A stretch of 64,000 bases of DNA. Origin: Eledone cirrhosa. Lineage: Eukaryota. The DNA lies in NCBI GenBank assembly GCA_964016885.1, contig OZ024756.1, positions 4,030,001-4,094,000 on the forward strand, read 5' to 3'. How positions within the stretch are numbered: the first letter of the stretch is position 1; each line of letters opens with the position of its first letter. The translations under genes were made by a program, and so were the position numbers. The notes below the pieces were generated by a model. That model was not told the DNA's origin and made no database searches. It saw only the letters and a list, made by a program, of their open reading frames with translations. Shown piece after piece: positions 39,340 to 51,687 of the stretch.

Positions 39340-42300
39340 TGGTAGTGGTTGTGGTAGTGGTAGAGGTAGTGGTGGTGGTTGTGGTAGTAGTGGTGGTGGT
39401 AGTGTAGTGTTGGTAGTGGTTGTGGTAGTGGTAGTGGTGGGTGTTGTGATTGTGGTAGTAGTGGTGGTGGTAGTGTAGTGTTGGTAGTCGTTGTGGTAGT
39501 GGTAGTGGTGGTGGTTGTGATTGTGTTAGTAGTGGTGGTGGTTGTGATTGTGGTAGTAGTGGTGGTGGTAGTGTAGTGTTGGTAGTGGTTGTGGTAGTGG
39601 TAGTGGTGGTGGTTGTGATTGTGGTAGTAGTGGTGGTGGTAGTGTAGTGTTGGTAGTGGTTGTGGTAGTGGTAGTGGTGGGGGTTGTGATTGTGGTAGTA
39701 GTGGTGGTGGTAGTGTAGTGTTGGTAGTGGTTGTGGTAGTGGTAGTGGTGGGGGTTGTGATTGTGGTAGTAGTGGTGGTGGTAGTGTAGTGTTGGTAGTC
39801 GTTGTGGTAGTGGTAGTGGTGGTGGTTGTGATTGTGTTAGTAGTGGTGGTGGTTGTGATTGTGGTAGTAGTGGTGGTGGTAGTGTAGTGTTGGTAGTGGT
39901 TGTGGTAGTGGTAGTGGTGGGGGTTGTGATTGTGTTAGTAGTGGTGGTGGTTGTGATTGTGGTAGTAGTGGTGGTGGTAGTGTAGTGTTGGTAGAGGTTG
40001 TGGTAGTGGTAGTGGTGGGGGTTGTGATTGTGGTAGTAGTGGTGGTGGTAGTGTAGTGTTGGTAGTGGTTGTGGTAGTGGTAGTGGTGGGTGTTGTGATT
40101 GTGGTAGTAGTGGTGGTGGTAGTGTAGTGTTGGTAGTGGTTGTGGTAGTGGTAGTGGTGGGGGTTGTGATTGTGGTAGTAGTGGTGGTGGTAGTGTAGTG
40201 TTGGTAGTGGTTGTGGTAGTGGTAGTGGTGGGGGTTGTGATTGTGGTAGTAGTGGTGGTGGTAGTGTAGTGTTGGTAGTGGTTGTGGTAGTGGTAGTGGT
40301 GGGGGTTGTGATTGTGGTAGTAGTGGTGGTGGTAGTGTAGTGTTGGTAGTGGTTGTGGTAGTGGTAGTGGTGGGGGTTGTGATTGTGTTAGTAGTGGTGG
40401 TGGTTGTGATTGTGGTAGTAGTGGTGGTGGTAGTGTAGTGTTGGTAGTCGTTGTGGTAGTGGTAGTGGTGGGGGTTGTGATTGTGGTAGTAGTGGTGGTG
40501 GTAGTGTAGTGTTGGTAGTGGTTGTGGTAGTGGTAGTGGTGGGGGTTGTGATTGTGTTAGTAGTGGTGGTGGTTGTGATTGTGGTAGTAGTGGTGGTGGT
40601 AGTGTAGTGTTGGTAGTCGTTGTGGTAGTGGTAGTGGTGGGGGTTGTGATTGTGTTAGTAGTGGTGGTGGTTGTGATTGTGGTAGTAGTGGTGGTGGTAG
40701 TGTAGTGTTGGTAGTCGTTGTGGTAGTGGTAGTGGTGGTGGTTGTGATTGTGTTAGTAGTGGTGGTGGTTGTGATTGTGGTAGTAGTGGTGGTGGTAGTG
40801 TAGTGTTGGTAGTCGTTGTGGTAGTGGTAGTGGTGGGGGTTGTGATTGTGTTAGTAGTGGTGGTGGTTGTGATTGTGGTAGTAGTGGTGGTGGTAGTGTA
40901 GTGTTGGTAGTCGTTGTGGTAGTGGTAGTGGTGGTGGTTGTGATTGTGTTAGTAGTGGTGGTGGTTGTGATTGTGGTAGTAGTGGTGGTGGTAGTGTAGT
41001 GTTGGTAGTGGTTGTGGTAGTGGTAGTGGTGGGGGTTGTGATTGTGTTAGTAGTGGTGGTGGTTGTGATTGTGGTAGTAGTGGTGGTGGTAGTGTAGTGT
41101 TGGTAGTGGTTGTGGTAGTGGTAGTTGTGGGGGTTGTGATTGTGGTAGTAGTGGTGGTGGTAGTGTAGTTTTGGTAGTCGTTGTGGTAGTGGTAGTGGTG
41201 GGGGTTGTGATTGTGTTAGTAGTGGTGGTGGTTGTGATTGTGGTAGTAGTGGTGGTGGTAGTGTAGTGTTGGTAGTGGTTGTGGTAGTGGTGGTGGGGGT
41301 TGTGATTGTGTTAGTAGTGGTGGTGGTTGTGATTGTGGTAGTAGTGGTGGTGGTAGTGTAGTGCTGGTAGTGGTTGTGGTAGTGGTAGTGGTGGGGGTTG
41401 TGATTGTGTTAGTAGTGGTGGTGGTTGTGATTGTGGTAGTAGTGGTGGTGGTAGTGTAGTGTTGGTAGTGGTTGTGGTAGTGGTGGTGGGGGTTGTGATT
41501 GTGTTAGTAGTGGTGGTGGTTGTGATTGTGGTAGTAGTGGTGGTGGTAGTGTAGTGTTGGTAGTGGTTGTGGTAGTGGTGGTGGGGGTTGTGATTGTGTT
41601 AGTAGTGGTGGTGGTTGTGATTGTGGTAGTAGTGGTGGTGGTAGTGTAGTGTTGGTAGTGGTTGTGGTAGTGGTGGTGGTGTGATAGTGTTAGTAGTGGT
41701 TGTTGGTAGTGGTGGTAGTGATGGTGGTGGTGGTTATGGTAGTGATAGTGTTGGTAGTGGTAGTGGTGGTTGCGATTGTGATTGTGGTGGTGATGGTGTT
41801 GGTGGTTATGGTGGTGGTTGTGATTGTTGTAGTGTTGGTGGTGGTGGTTGTGGAAAGTGATAGTGTTAGTAGTGGTGGTGGTTGTGGTAGTGTAGTGTTG
41901 GTGGTTGTGGTAGTGATAGTGTTAGTAGTGGTGGTGGTTGTGGTAGTGTAGTGGTGGTGGTTGTGGTAGTGATAGTGTTAGTAGTGGTGGTGGTTGTGGT
42001 AGTGTAGTGTTGGTGGTTGTGGTAGTGATAGTATTAGTAGTGGTTGTGGTAGTGATAGTGTTAGTAGTGGTGGTGGTTGTGGTAGTGTAGTGGTGGTTGT
42101 GGTAGTGATAGTGTTAGTAGTGGTTGTGGTAGTGATAGTGTTAGTAGTGGTGGTGGTTGTGGTAGTGTAGTGTTGCTGGTTGTGGTAGTGATAGTGTTAG
42201 TAGTGGTGGTGGTTGTGGTAGTGTAGTGGTGGTGGTTGTGGTAGTGTAGTGTTGGTGGTTGTGGTAGTGATAGTGTTAGTAGTGGTTGTGGTAGTGATAG

Positions 42301-43655
42301 TGTTAGTAGTGGTGGTGGTTGTGGTAGTGGTAGTGATAGTGTTAGTAGTGGTGGTGGTTGTGGTAGTGTAGTGTTGCTGGTTGTGGTAGTGATAGTGTTA
42401 GTAGTGGTGGTGGTTGTGGTAGTGTAGTGGTGGTGGTTGTGGTAGTGATAGTGTTAGTAGTGGTGGTGGTTGTGGTAGTGATAGTGTTAGTAGTGGTGGT
42501 GGTGGTTGTTGTAGTGTAGTGGTGGTGGTTGTGGTAGTGATAGTGTTAGTAGTGGTTGTGGCTGTGGTAGTGTAGTGTTGGTGGTTGTGGTAGTGATAGT
42601 GTTAGTAGTGGTTGTGGTAGTGATAGTGTTAGTAGTGGTGGTGGTTGTGGTAGAGATAGTGTTAGTAGTGGTTGTGGTAGTGATAGTGTTAGTAGTGGTG
42701 GTGGCTGTGGTAGTGTAGTGTTGGTGGTTGTGGTAGTGATAGTGTTAGTAGTGGTTGTGGTAGTGATAGTGTTAGTAATGGTTGTGGTAGTGATAGTGTT
42801 AGTAGTGGTGGTGGTTGTGGTAGAGATAGTGTTAGTAGTGGTTGTGGTAGTGATAGTGTTAGTAGTGGTTGTGGTAGTGATAGTGTTAGTAGTGGTGGTG
42901 GTTGTGGTAGAGATAGTGTTAGTAGTGGTGGTGGTAGTGTAGTGTTGGTGGTTGTGGTAGTGATAGTGTTAGTAGTGGTTGTGGTAGTGATAGTGTTAGT
43001 AGTGGTGGTGGTTGTGGTAGAGATAGTGTTAGTAGTGGTTGTGGTAGTGATAGTGTTAGTAGTGGTTGTGGTAGTGATAGTGTTAGTAGTGGTGGTGGTT
43101 GTGGTAGAGATAGTGTTAGTAGTGGTGGTGGTAGTGTAGTGTTGGTGGTTGTGGTAGTGATAGTGTTAGTAGTGGTTGTGGTAGTGATAGTGTTAGTAGT
43201 GGTTGTGGTAGTGTAGTCTTGGTGGTTGTGGTAGTGATAGTGTTAGTAGTGGTTGTGGTAGTGTAGTGTTGGTGCTGTTGGTTGTGATGGTGTTGGTTGT
43301 GGTAGTGGTGGTGGTAGTGATGGTGGTAGTTGTGGTGGTGATAGTGATGGTGTTGGTAGTGCTTGTGGTGGTTGTGTTAGTGATAGTGTTGGTAGTGGTT
43401 GTGGTGGTAGTAGTGTAGTGTTGGTTGTAGTGTAGTTTTGGTAGTAGTTGTGGTGGTGGTAGTGATGGTGTTGGTGGTAGTGGTGATGGTTGTGATTGTG
43501 GTAGTGGTGGTTGTGGTAGTATTAGTGTTGGCAATGGTGGTTGTGGAAGTGGTAGTGTTGGTTCTAGTGGTAATAGAATTGGCAGTGGTGGTGGTGTTTG
43601 TGATGGTTGTGGCAGTAGTAGTGTTGGTAGTAGTGGTATTTGTTGTTGTAGTGGT
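39340..43655. repeat. G/T-rich minisatellite: 71/98-bp higher-order units to about 41680, then shorter GTA/GTG-based units
   Basis: agtgtagtgttggtag recurs at 39401, 39472, 39570 (spacings 71 and 98). Confidence 0.92.
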
Positions 43656-44516
43656 ATTAATAATTGTTTCTACTTTAGGCACAAGGCCAGCAAATTAACC
43701 AGTGTATTACTGGTACTTTATTTTATCGACCCCGTAAGGATGAAAGGTAAAGTTAACCTCGGTGGAATTTGAACTCAGATCGTAAAGGGACGTAACTATG
43801 CTGGAAAGCATGGCGTCCGACCATCTACCGATACTGCCAGTCCACCACCGCCCTAATGGTATTAATAATATAGACGATAGTGTTAACTGCCGTTACGGAG
43901 CCTTATAGGGACACCTCACAAACCGAGTGTGGTCCCTGCTATCTAGGGGGCGGCGTGTTCTAAACAGACCGGTCAAATTTCAATGTAGTTTAAGGTGGTT
44001 CTGTGAGATCAACCAATTTTCTCCCTATTCTCCCTCCCCAAACCTCCACTAACCCATCCACCCCCTTTTCTCCCTCCCCAAACCTCCACTAACCAATCCT
44101 CCCCCATACCTCCTCTAACCCATCTTCCCCCTTTGCTCCCTCCCCATACCTCCACTAACCAATCCTCTCCTTTTCTCCCCCCACATCTCCACTAACATTA
44201 AACCCATCACCACCACCGCCACCATCACTCACTGAAAGTCAAGGAAATTTCAAACCTTAAATTACTTTTTACTTTAATTTGAACACTTCTCTGATTTATG
44301 AGCATCTGTCTATACCTATGCTTTCCAGCATAGTTACGCCCCTTTACGGTCTGAGTTCAAATCCCGCCAAGGTTAACTTTGCCTTTCATCCTTACGGGGT
44401 CGATAAAATAAAGTACCAGTAATGTACTGGGATAATTGCTGGCCTTGTGCCAAAAGTAGAAACAATTATTATATTTATTTATTTATTTATCTATCTATCT
44501 ATTTACATACCTATCT

Positions 44517-47500
44517 AACCAACATGGCCAATATAAGAGTTGGATGTGTGAATATACGCGGCCTGTGGATGCCCTGGAAACAGGGCAAACTCTTAAACGA
44601 CCTCAGGTCGCACAGTATGGATGTAGTAGCCATTTGCGAGTCCAGGATCCACATCGAGCGACAGCTGGCCCCATCTTCGATCACTTTGAGATCTACGCAT
44701 CTCTCTGTCAGCCGCGGAGTGGGGGCGGGGTTGCCGTTTTGCTGCGGAAACACCTGGGCCTCGTAACACAGACAGTACATCTGGACCCGGAGGGTCGACT
44801 GGTGGTCCTAGACGTTGACGGTAGTGAAGGTGGAGCCTTCAGGCTGGTGGCCGCATATGCCCCATCCGGGACATCGCGGCCAGACTTCTTCAAACGTCTA
44901 GAGACTTTTCTGGGAACGTCCCGCTCTTTGCTTTTAGTGGGTGACTGGAATGGAATCCTAGATGCACGTTGGGACTATGTGGGAGCATGTCCCGATAAAG
45001 GGGGTGTAACAGCCCCAAATAGTTAATCGGCCGATTTGACCTGGCCGATAGATATCGACTATACTTTCCAACTGTGCCACTGAGGACATGGACTAATCTT
45101 AACGGAACATCTAGATCGTGCCTAGATAGAGTTCTAGTTAGAAATGAAGATAGGGACATGTTAAGCTGTTCACAAATGTTCATGGTTTCCTATTCAGATC
45201 ACAAACTAGTGACCTGCATGGTCAACCTTGATAGAACCCATAGACAAGGACCCGGCTACTGGATGCTGAACTTGTCGTTACCGACATGCAAAGCCTACAA
45301 TAGACGGATTAGCACTTTAGTTAAACAGCACTTGACAGGGGCCATTGTCAACAACAGATGGTGGTACTCTCTCAAGGTGGAAGTTAGATTAGACTCGTTA
45401 GTTTTTAGTAAAGAATTAGCGTTAGATAGAAATAGGACCGAGAAGGAACTGGTAGATAAAGTAGAAGAGGCAATTAGAAGTGGCAACGTAGCCAGCGTGC
45501 TAGCAACGAGAACGGCCTTGGACCAGTTCTTGGACGCAAAGCACGAGGGCTGCGTTGTCAGAAGCAAAATATGTGCTCTGGGAAACGAGGGATCCAAAAC
45601 TGTTAGCTGGGCCCAAGTGACGGAGGCATAAAGTGGCAACAAGTCCACGATTTGGTCATTGAAGGACCAAGATGGACGCGTGATACGTGAGCCAAAGCAT
45701 ATGTGTGCGGCCTTTCAGCGGCACTTTGCTCAACTGTTCGGGCAGGGCGGCTCGCCGGGAGGGGCTATGGATTTCGAGCCATACCGCGACGGCCAACCGC
45801 GACTCTCGGACAGCGAGGCGAAGTTATGCGAAAAGCCGATTTCAGCCGCTGAGATAGGGGACGCGCTGAGCCAATGCGGCAAACGCAAATCTCCAGGTCT
45901 CAACGGTCTACACTACGAATTTTACGTAGCAATGCCGGACTTATTCTCCGATCTCCAGGAAGCGGTCTACTGCAACTGGCAGCAGAACGGGAGAATTCCC
46001 AGTACTGTGACCGGGGGCGTAGTCACACTAGTCAGGAAGGATAGAATAAGGGGTATGACATAGGCGACTTCCGGCAACATCTGCTCAAGGGTCAAGGTGA
46101 ACGGCTACCTCTCGGAGCCGTTCCATATCACGCGATCCATTCGACAGAGATGCTCTCTCTCCTCCCTTCTGTACGTACTGACTTTCGAGCCACTACTGCG
46201 GAAGATGGAGCTATTGCCTCTGGAATCGGGACTGAGGAAAGCGGCAGCGGCCTACGCCGACGACGTGACAGTAATGGTGTCGAGTGCCTCGCAAATCGAG
46301 GAAGGCGGCACCTTACTGAAGGAATACGAAAGGTTCACAGGAGCGAAGCTGAACCCGGACAAGTCCATCGGTTTGCAACTCGGATCGTGGAGAGGCAAAC
46401 CGATGCTTTCCGATGGAAGGACCGGTAAAGCTGCTCGGGGTCTGGTTTGGTCCGGACCTCCAGGTGGAGAAGAACTGGAACGAGGTGACGGCCAAAATGT
46501 TTCCACTTACCCAGAAGTGGGCCGAGTGTAAACTATCCTTGAAAGGTTGAGCGGAGGTGGCGAACACTTTTATAGCGTCCGCCATCTACTAACGCTTGAC
46601 CGTCGTGCCTTGTCCAGCCAAAACGCTCACCAAAATGGAGCGCGCGCTCTTCCAATTCCTTTGGTGGAGGCGGGCTCCTTTGGTGAGAAGATGCATCTGC
46701 TGCCAACACCCTTCCAACGGAAGACTGGGGATGCCGTGGCTGACGATGCGCAAACACGCGCTCGGGCTGCGGCATCTCTACGTATTCCTCACCGGACAAC
46801 CGGTGTCGGCCCCGTTCGTGAGGCGAGCCTTCCCACGACTCGTCTCGCTGACCGAGCTGCAGTCCTGGGTCAAGCAAAAACCGAGGAAAATGGGCGACTG
46901 GCACATCGAATGTGCTGAGACGATCACAGTCCTCTGGTAAACGGACCCGGCGATCAGTGGAGATTCCACTTCAACATTCTATAGAGTGCTGATCCGCAGC
47001 AAGTGCGACGACGCGCTCGGTGAAACTCTGGGCGTAGAGGAAGACGAACTGGCCAGTCTGTTCGGTAGGACGTTCCGCCCGGGATCGATGGACAACTTCC
47101 AAAAGTCCCTGGCCTGGCAGTTCTATCGAGGAGCTCTACCAGTTCGAGACAAGCTCTACAGACATGGGCACCCGGGCAGGGACCCTTCGAAAAAGATCTG
47201 TCCGAGGTGCGTGGAAGACAAAGAAACAGTCGCGCACGCATTCATACACTGCCCGGGCGTTACTGACCTGTGGGGCTATGTAGAACGTCTATTGTCCCGG
47301 GTGGACCAATCCGGTTGACCACTGAGTCCATTGTCATGATCAAACCGCCACCCTCCTTCAAAAACGAAGGAGATGCGGTTTTCCTTTGTGTGATAGCTAT
47401 GGCAAAAGAGGTTGTATGGTGGATAAGGTTGAAAGGGTCAGACACCTTTCTCTCCGGCCAACAACTGATTCTTTTTTTCAAATACCACTTTAGAAGAAGG

Positions 47501-47847
47501 ATCAGGATGGAGAGAGAGGTGCTGTACCCCAGCAAGTTTTATGAAAGGTGGGTGAAAGTGGCGAGAATGGCTCGAGTGAATGGGCCTTCTCTCTATATCA
47601 GCATGTAGCTTGAGGAAAAAGAGGCGGAGAGGAAAGGGGTACAAACTCTTCGTACTCCTGGAGATGAGGGTTGCACATTTTTTTGAGGGGTATGTGTTAC
47701 CCATATGTAATGTCTTCCCTTATTGGGGAAAATCGATTAACTTTTAAATTGTATTTGTGATAGTATTTTACACGTTTTTATTATATGTAAAGTTCCCCCT
47801 TTGTATTTGTCCCCTTCTGTTGTGCCCCTGTGGCTAATAAAGAAACA
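44517..47847 (+). mobile_element. Older Tx1-like LINE, ORF2 region only, decayed, with RT deletion near 46075
   Basis: Begins just before the ORF2 ATG (44524); APE motifs VGDWNG, LDR, SDH; many stops; same 3' UTR subfamily as 5317-6174. Confidence 0.92.
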
Positions 47848-47990
47848 AATGTATCTATCTATCTATCTACTTACTTACGTACCTATCTCTCTACCTATCT
47901 ACCAACATATCTATCTAATTGTCTATCTGTCTACATACCATCCTACCTATCTGTGTATCTGTCTGTCTATCTATTTATCTATCTATCTAT

Positions 47991-49219
47991 GTTGTCCCCG
48001 TGAATACCTCACCAAGATGGAACGCATGCTCTTCCAGTTCCTGTGGAAGAAGAAGGCTCCACAGGTGAGGAGATCCGTCTGCTGTCAACACCCTTCCAAC
48101 GGAGAGCGGGCATGCCGTGGCTAATGATGCGCAAACATGCGCTGAGGCAACGGCATCTCCTGGTATTCCTCACTGACCAATCGGTGTGGGAACCGTTTGT
48201 GAGACAGGCCTTCCCACACCTTGCCTCGCAGACGGAGCTGTAGTCCTGGGTCAAGCGAAGACCGAAGGAGATGGGCGCCTGGCACATTGAATGCATTCAG
48301 GCGCTCACAGTCCTCTGTCAAGTGGGCACAGCAATCAGTGGAGACTCCACTTCGACATTCTATAGAGGGTTAGTACGTTACAAGTGCGACGACGTGCTTG
48401 AAGAGACTCTGTTCTTCGAAGACGACGAGCTCACCAGTCTGTTCGGTAGGACTTTCCGCCCGGGACCCGTGGACAACTGCCAGAGGTCCCTGGCCTGGCA
48501 GTGCTACTGAGGAGCTCTACCAGTTCGAGACAAGATCTACAGGCACGGACGCCCCGGCAGGGATCCTTCCAAGAGGACGTGTCATAGATGCGAGCAGGAC
48601 ATTGGAACCGTCGTGCACGCAATTGTACACTGCCCGGGCGTAACCGACCTATGGAGCTACGCAGAACAACTGCTGTCACGTATGGGGCAAATCCAGTTGA
48701 CTGCCGAGGCCATAATAAGGATCAAACCGCCAACTTCTTTCAAAAACGAAAGAGAGGTGGTTTTCCTCTTTATAGTGGCTATGGTAAAAGAGATTATATG
48801 GTGGACGAGATTGAGAGGACTGAGGACAGATGCCTTTCTCTCCGGACAACAACTCATCCCTTCTTTAGAAGGAGAATCAGAGTGGAGAGAGAGGCACTGC
48901 ACCCCAGTAAATTTACTGAAAGGTGGGTGAATGTAGCAAAAATGGCCCGAGTGATTGGGCCTTCTCTGTATATAAGCATGTAGGTTGAAGAGGAGAGCAA
49001 AGGGAAGAAAGGAGCAATTGCACAGCATGCTCCTGGAGTTGAGGGTTGTTCTATCTACGGGGTATTAAACAAGACATTTGTGGCGCCTCCCCCTATTGGG
49101 AATTTCGATTGTTTAATTTATTTGTTTCAATATTTTTACACGATTGTATGTGAAATCCCCGGCATGTGTCTTTGTTTTGTCCCCTTTTCTTATGCGCCCT
49201 TGTGGCAAATAAAGAAATA
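47991..49219 (+). mobile_element. Divergent 5'-truncated Tx1-like LINE
   Basis: Homologous C-terminal ORF2, distinct 3' UTR, TATC-type flanks. Confidence 0.88.
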
Positions 49220-49271
49220 TGTCTATGCAACTGTGTGTCTATCTATCTATTTATCTCTCTATATATCTATC

Positions 49272-49584
49272 ACCAAATTTTATAAAAGGTGGGTGAATGT
49301 GGCAAAGATGGCCCGAGTGGTTGGGCCTTCTCTCTATATAAGCCTGTAGGTTGAGGAAAAAGAGGAAGAGAGGAAGAGAGTACTCACTCTTGGTGCTCCA
49401 GAAGATGAGGGTTGTACATTTTTTCGGGGTGTGTACAACCCCTGTGTAACGCCCCCCCCCCCCTATTGGGGATTTCAATTGTTATTTGTTATTTTATTAA
49501 TAGTTTTATTTTCATATACCTGTATGTAAACTCCCCATTTGTATTTGTCCCCTTCTTTTGTCCCCTTGTGGCTAATAAAGAAAT
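49272..49584 (+). mobile_element. Very short 3' fragment of Tx1-like LINE
   Basis: KFYKRWVNVAKMARVVGPSLYISL* plus 3' UTR, TATC flanks. Confidence 0.85.
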
Positions 49585-49849
49585 TTATCTATCTACCTAT
49601 CTATCTATCTCTCTATCTATCTATCTATATCTCTGGGATGGACACACGCGTATAACTTGCTGAGTAAGTTCTGTTTAAATTTCTATAGAAATTCTTGTCT
49701 GATAACTTTAATTTGTGTACCATTTTGTAGAGGGACTGCCAGGTCAAACTTTGATCTGGTCAGTCTCTCAAAATATTCTACGCCTTTAGGCGAAATAGTT
49801 AAACAAAAAAAAAAGTTTTTTCTTGTTGAAAAGTCAATATTTTTTTTAA

Positions 49850-51190
49850 ATGGCCGAAGCTTCTTCACCAAAATTCGAAGGAGGAAAGGGGAAGATGAAC
49901 TTACAGCTTCCCCCTGCCACTGTCACAGTAGCAGAGGTCAAGAAGAAAGGTCAGCCAGAGGAAGAATTCTCTCCACCTGTTAACCGACAACTTGACGTTG
50001 CCATGGCAACAACCCAAAGAACCAGCAGCAACAGCAACAACAACAACAACAATACGACGGACGAAAACAACACCAATAACAATAACAATAACAACAACAA
50101 CAAGACCAATAACGGTGACAACAACAACGATAACAACAACACCACCAACGACAACAACAACACCACCAACGACAACAACAACACAAACAAACAAAATTTC
50201 TCCTTCGCCGAGACGACAAGGAAAACCCTCGACTATCTGCCAGTAGATATAACAAAAGCGAAGGGGCTACTGGCGGATGCGAAAAAATATATAGTGTACG
50301 GAGAAAATGGTTCATTCACAATCCATTCCCCCCCGGAACTAAAAAGCCAGAGACTCCTAAACACGGTCATGTTTAGGACAATCTCGAACAAAAGTAAAAA
50401 ACCAGCTCAACCATCACAGAGCGAGATAGAGCTGGTTTTAAAAGACGTCATGAAGGACATCACCTTCATTCAGAAGGATAGACTCTACGGGAGTCTATCC
50501 ATTCTCATGAAGGACAGGGACACAGCAGTGAAACTATCCATCAAACCAATCACATCCACCGCATACACCTTCTACCCTACGTACATGGGTAGAAGAACAC
50601 AAAACATAAACATCCACACCATCCTGCCGATTATGGAGATATGGTGGGTTTTGACAGGTTTTCTGGACCTGGAGGATGACATGCTGGTGTCCATGGGAAA
50701 GGCATCGGGTGACGCGTTCAGTGGAACGAGCCTCGAACTTGTAGTTCAAATGAGGCCCGAAAGGATCACCCAGATCCCTGAACGCGTCATACTGGATGAT
50801 CTAACCTTCATCAACATTACCGTTGAGGGTAGACGGCCCTCGTGTTACCTCTGCGGAACCAGAGGTCACCTGAGGGCTGTCTGTCCCCAACTTAATAAGA
50901 AAACCCCAATCCTGCCTACACCACCAACAACTGCACAACCAACACAATCACCACAACTACCACTACAAAAACAACCACCACAGCTCAAACCAAAACAAAA
51001 CAATGTCCAACCCATCCCCTCCACTCAAAAAACAAAAACATTTCCAAAACACCCGTACCGCAAACACAACCCGAAAATATACCCCTCCCCTCCAACGCGG
51101 AAGATGACCCTAGTTCGTCGTCAGACGAGGAGGAGCACTTCCATACAATCAAAAGAAAAAAAAGAAAACACACCTCAGACACACAAATGA
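49850..51190 (+). CDS. LINE ORF1 (gag-like nucleic-acid-binding protein)
   Basis: 446 aa; CYLCGTRGHLRAVC zinc knuckle; Asn/Thr tract; probably continues by frameshift into 51187-51663. Confidence 0.8.
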   Translation: MAEASSPKFEGGKGKMNLQLPPATVTVAEVKKKGQPEEEFSPPVNRQLDVAMATTQRTSSNSNNNNNNTTDENNTNNNNNNNNNKTNNGDNNNDNNNTTNDNNNTTNDNNNTNKQNFSFAETTRKTLDYLPVDITKAKGLLADAKKYIVYGENGSFTIHSPPELKSQRLLNTVMFRTISNKSKKPAQPSQSEIELVLKDVMKDITFIQKDRLYGSLSILMKDRDTAVKLSIKPITSTAYTFYPTYMGRRTQNINIHTILPIMEIWWVLTGFLDLEDDMLVSMGKASGDAFSGTSLELVVQMRPERITQIPERVILDDLTFINITVEGRRPSCYLCGTRGHLRAVCPQLNKKTPILPTPPTTAQPTQSPQLPLQKQPPQLKPKQNNVQPIPSTQKTKTFPKHPYRKHNPKIYPSPPTRKMTLVRRQTRRSTSIQSKEKKENTPQTHK

Positions 51191-51687
51191 AAACAACCCC
51201 TCCCCAAAACATAACACTGACACCAACACAAAAGAGCTCACAACAACAGCAAACAAAAAACACCACACAAAAACAAAAACATGCATACACATACATAAAC
51301 ACAAGAAACAAAAAACTGTTAAACATTGTGTACAACAACAATCTAATAAAAATACAAGGGCCTAACTTCACCCAGGCAGGGGATTTCCCCCACCTCAAAA
51401 TGATTAAGGCCCCACAGGACACCTATAAAACTTTAAAAAACAATTTTAAAGAGGACGTGGGTCCCCCCTGCGTCGGGCCCATTAACCACGTCCTCCTGAA
51501 AAACTATCCCACCCCCTCCCCAAACACCCACACAACTCCAAGCTCCCCAACCACACAACACACTGATGCCCCTACACTTCCACAAACCACCACCCCACCC
51601 AACAACCCATCCCCCACCCTAATGGAAATTGTGCAGCCCGATACCCGGGACGCAGAGAGGTAAGTGCCTTTTCTCTTCACCACCAAC

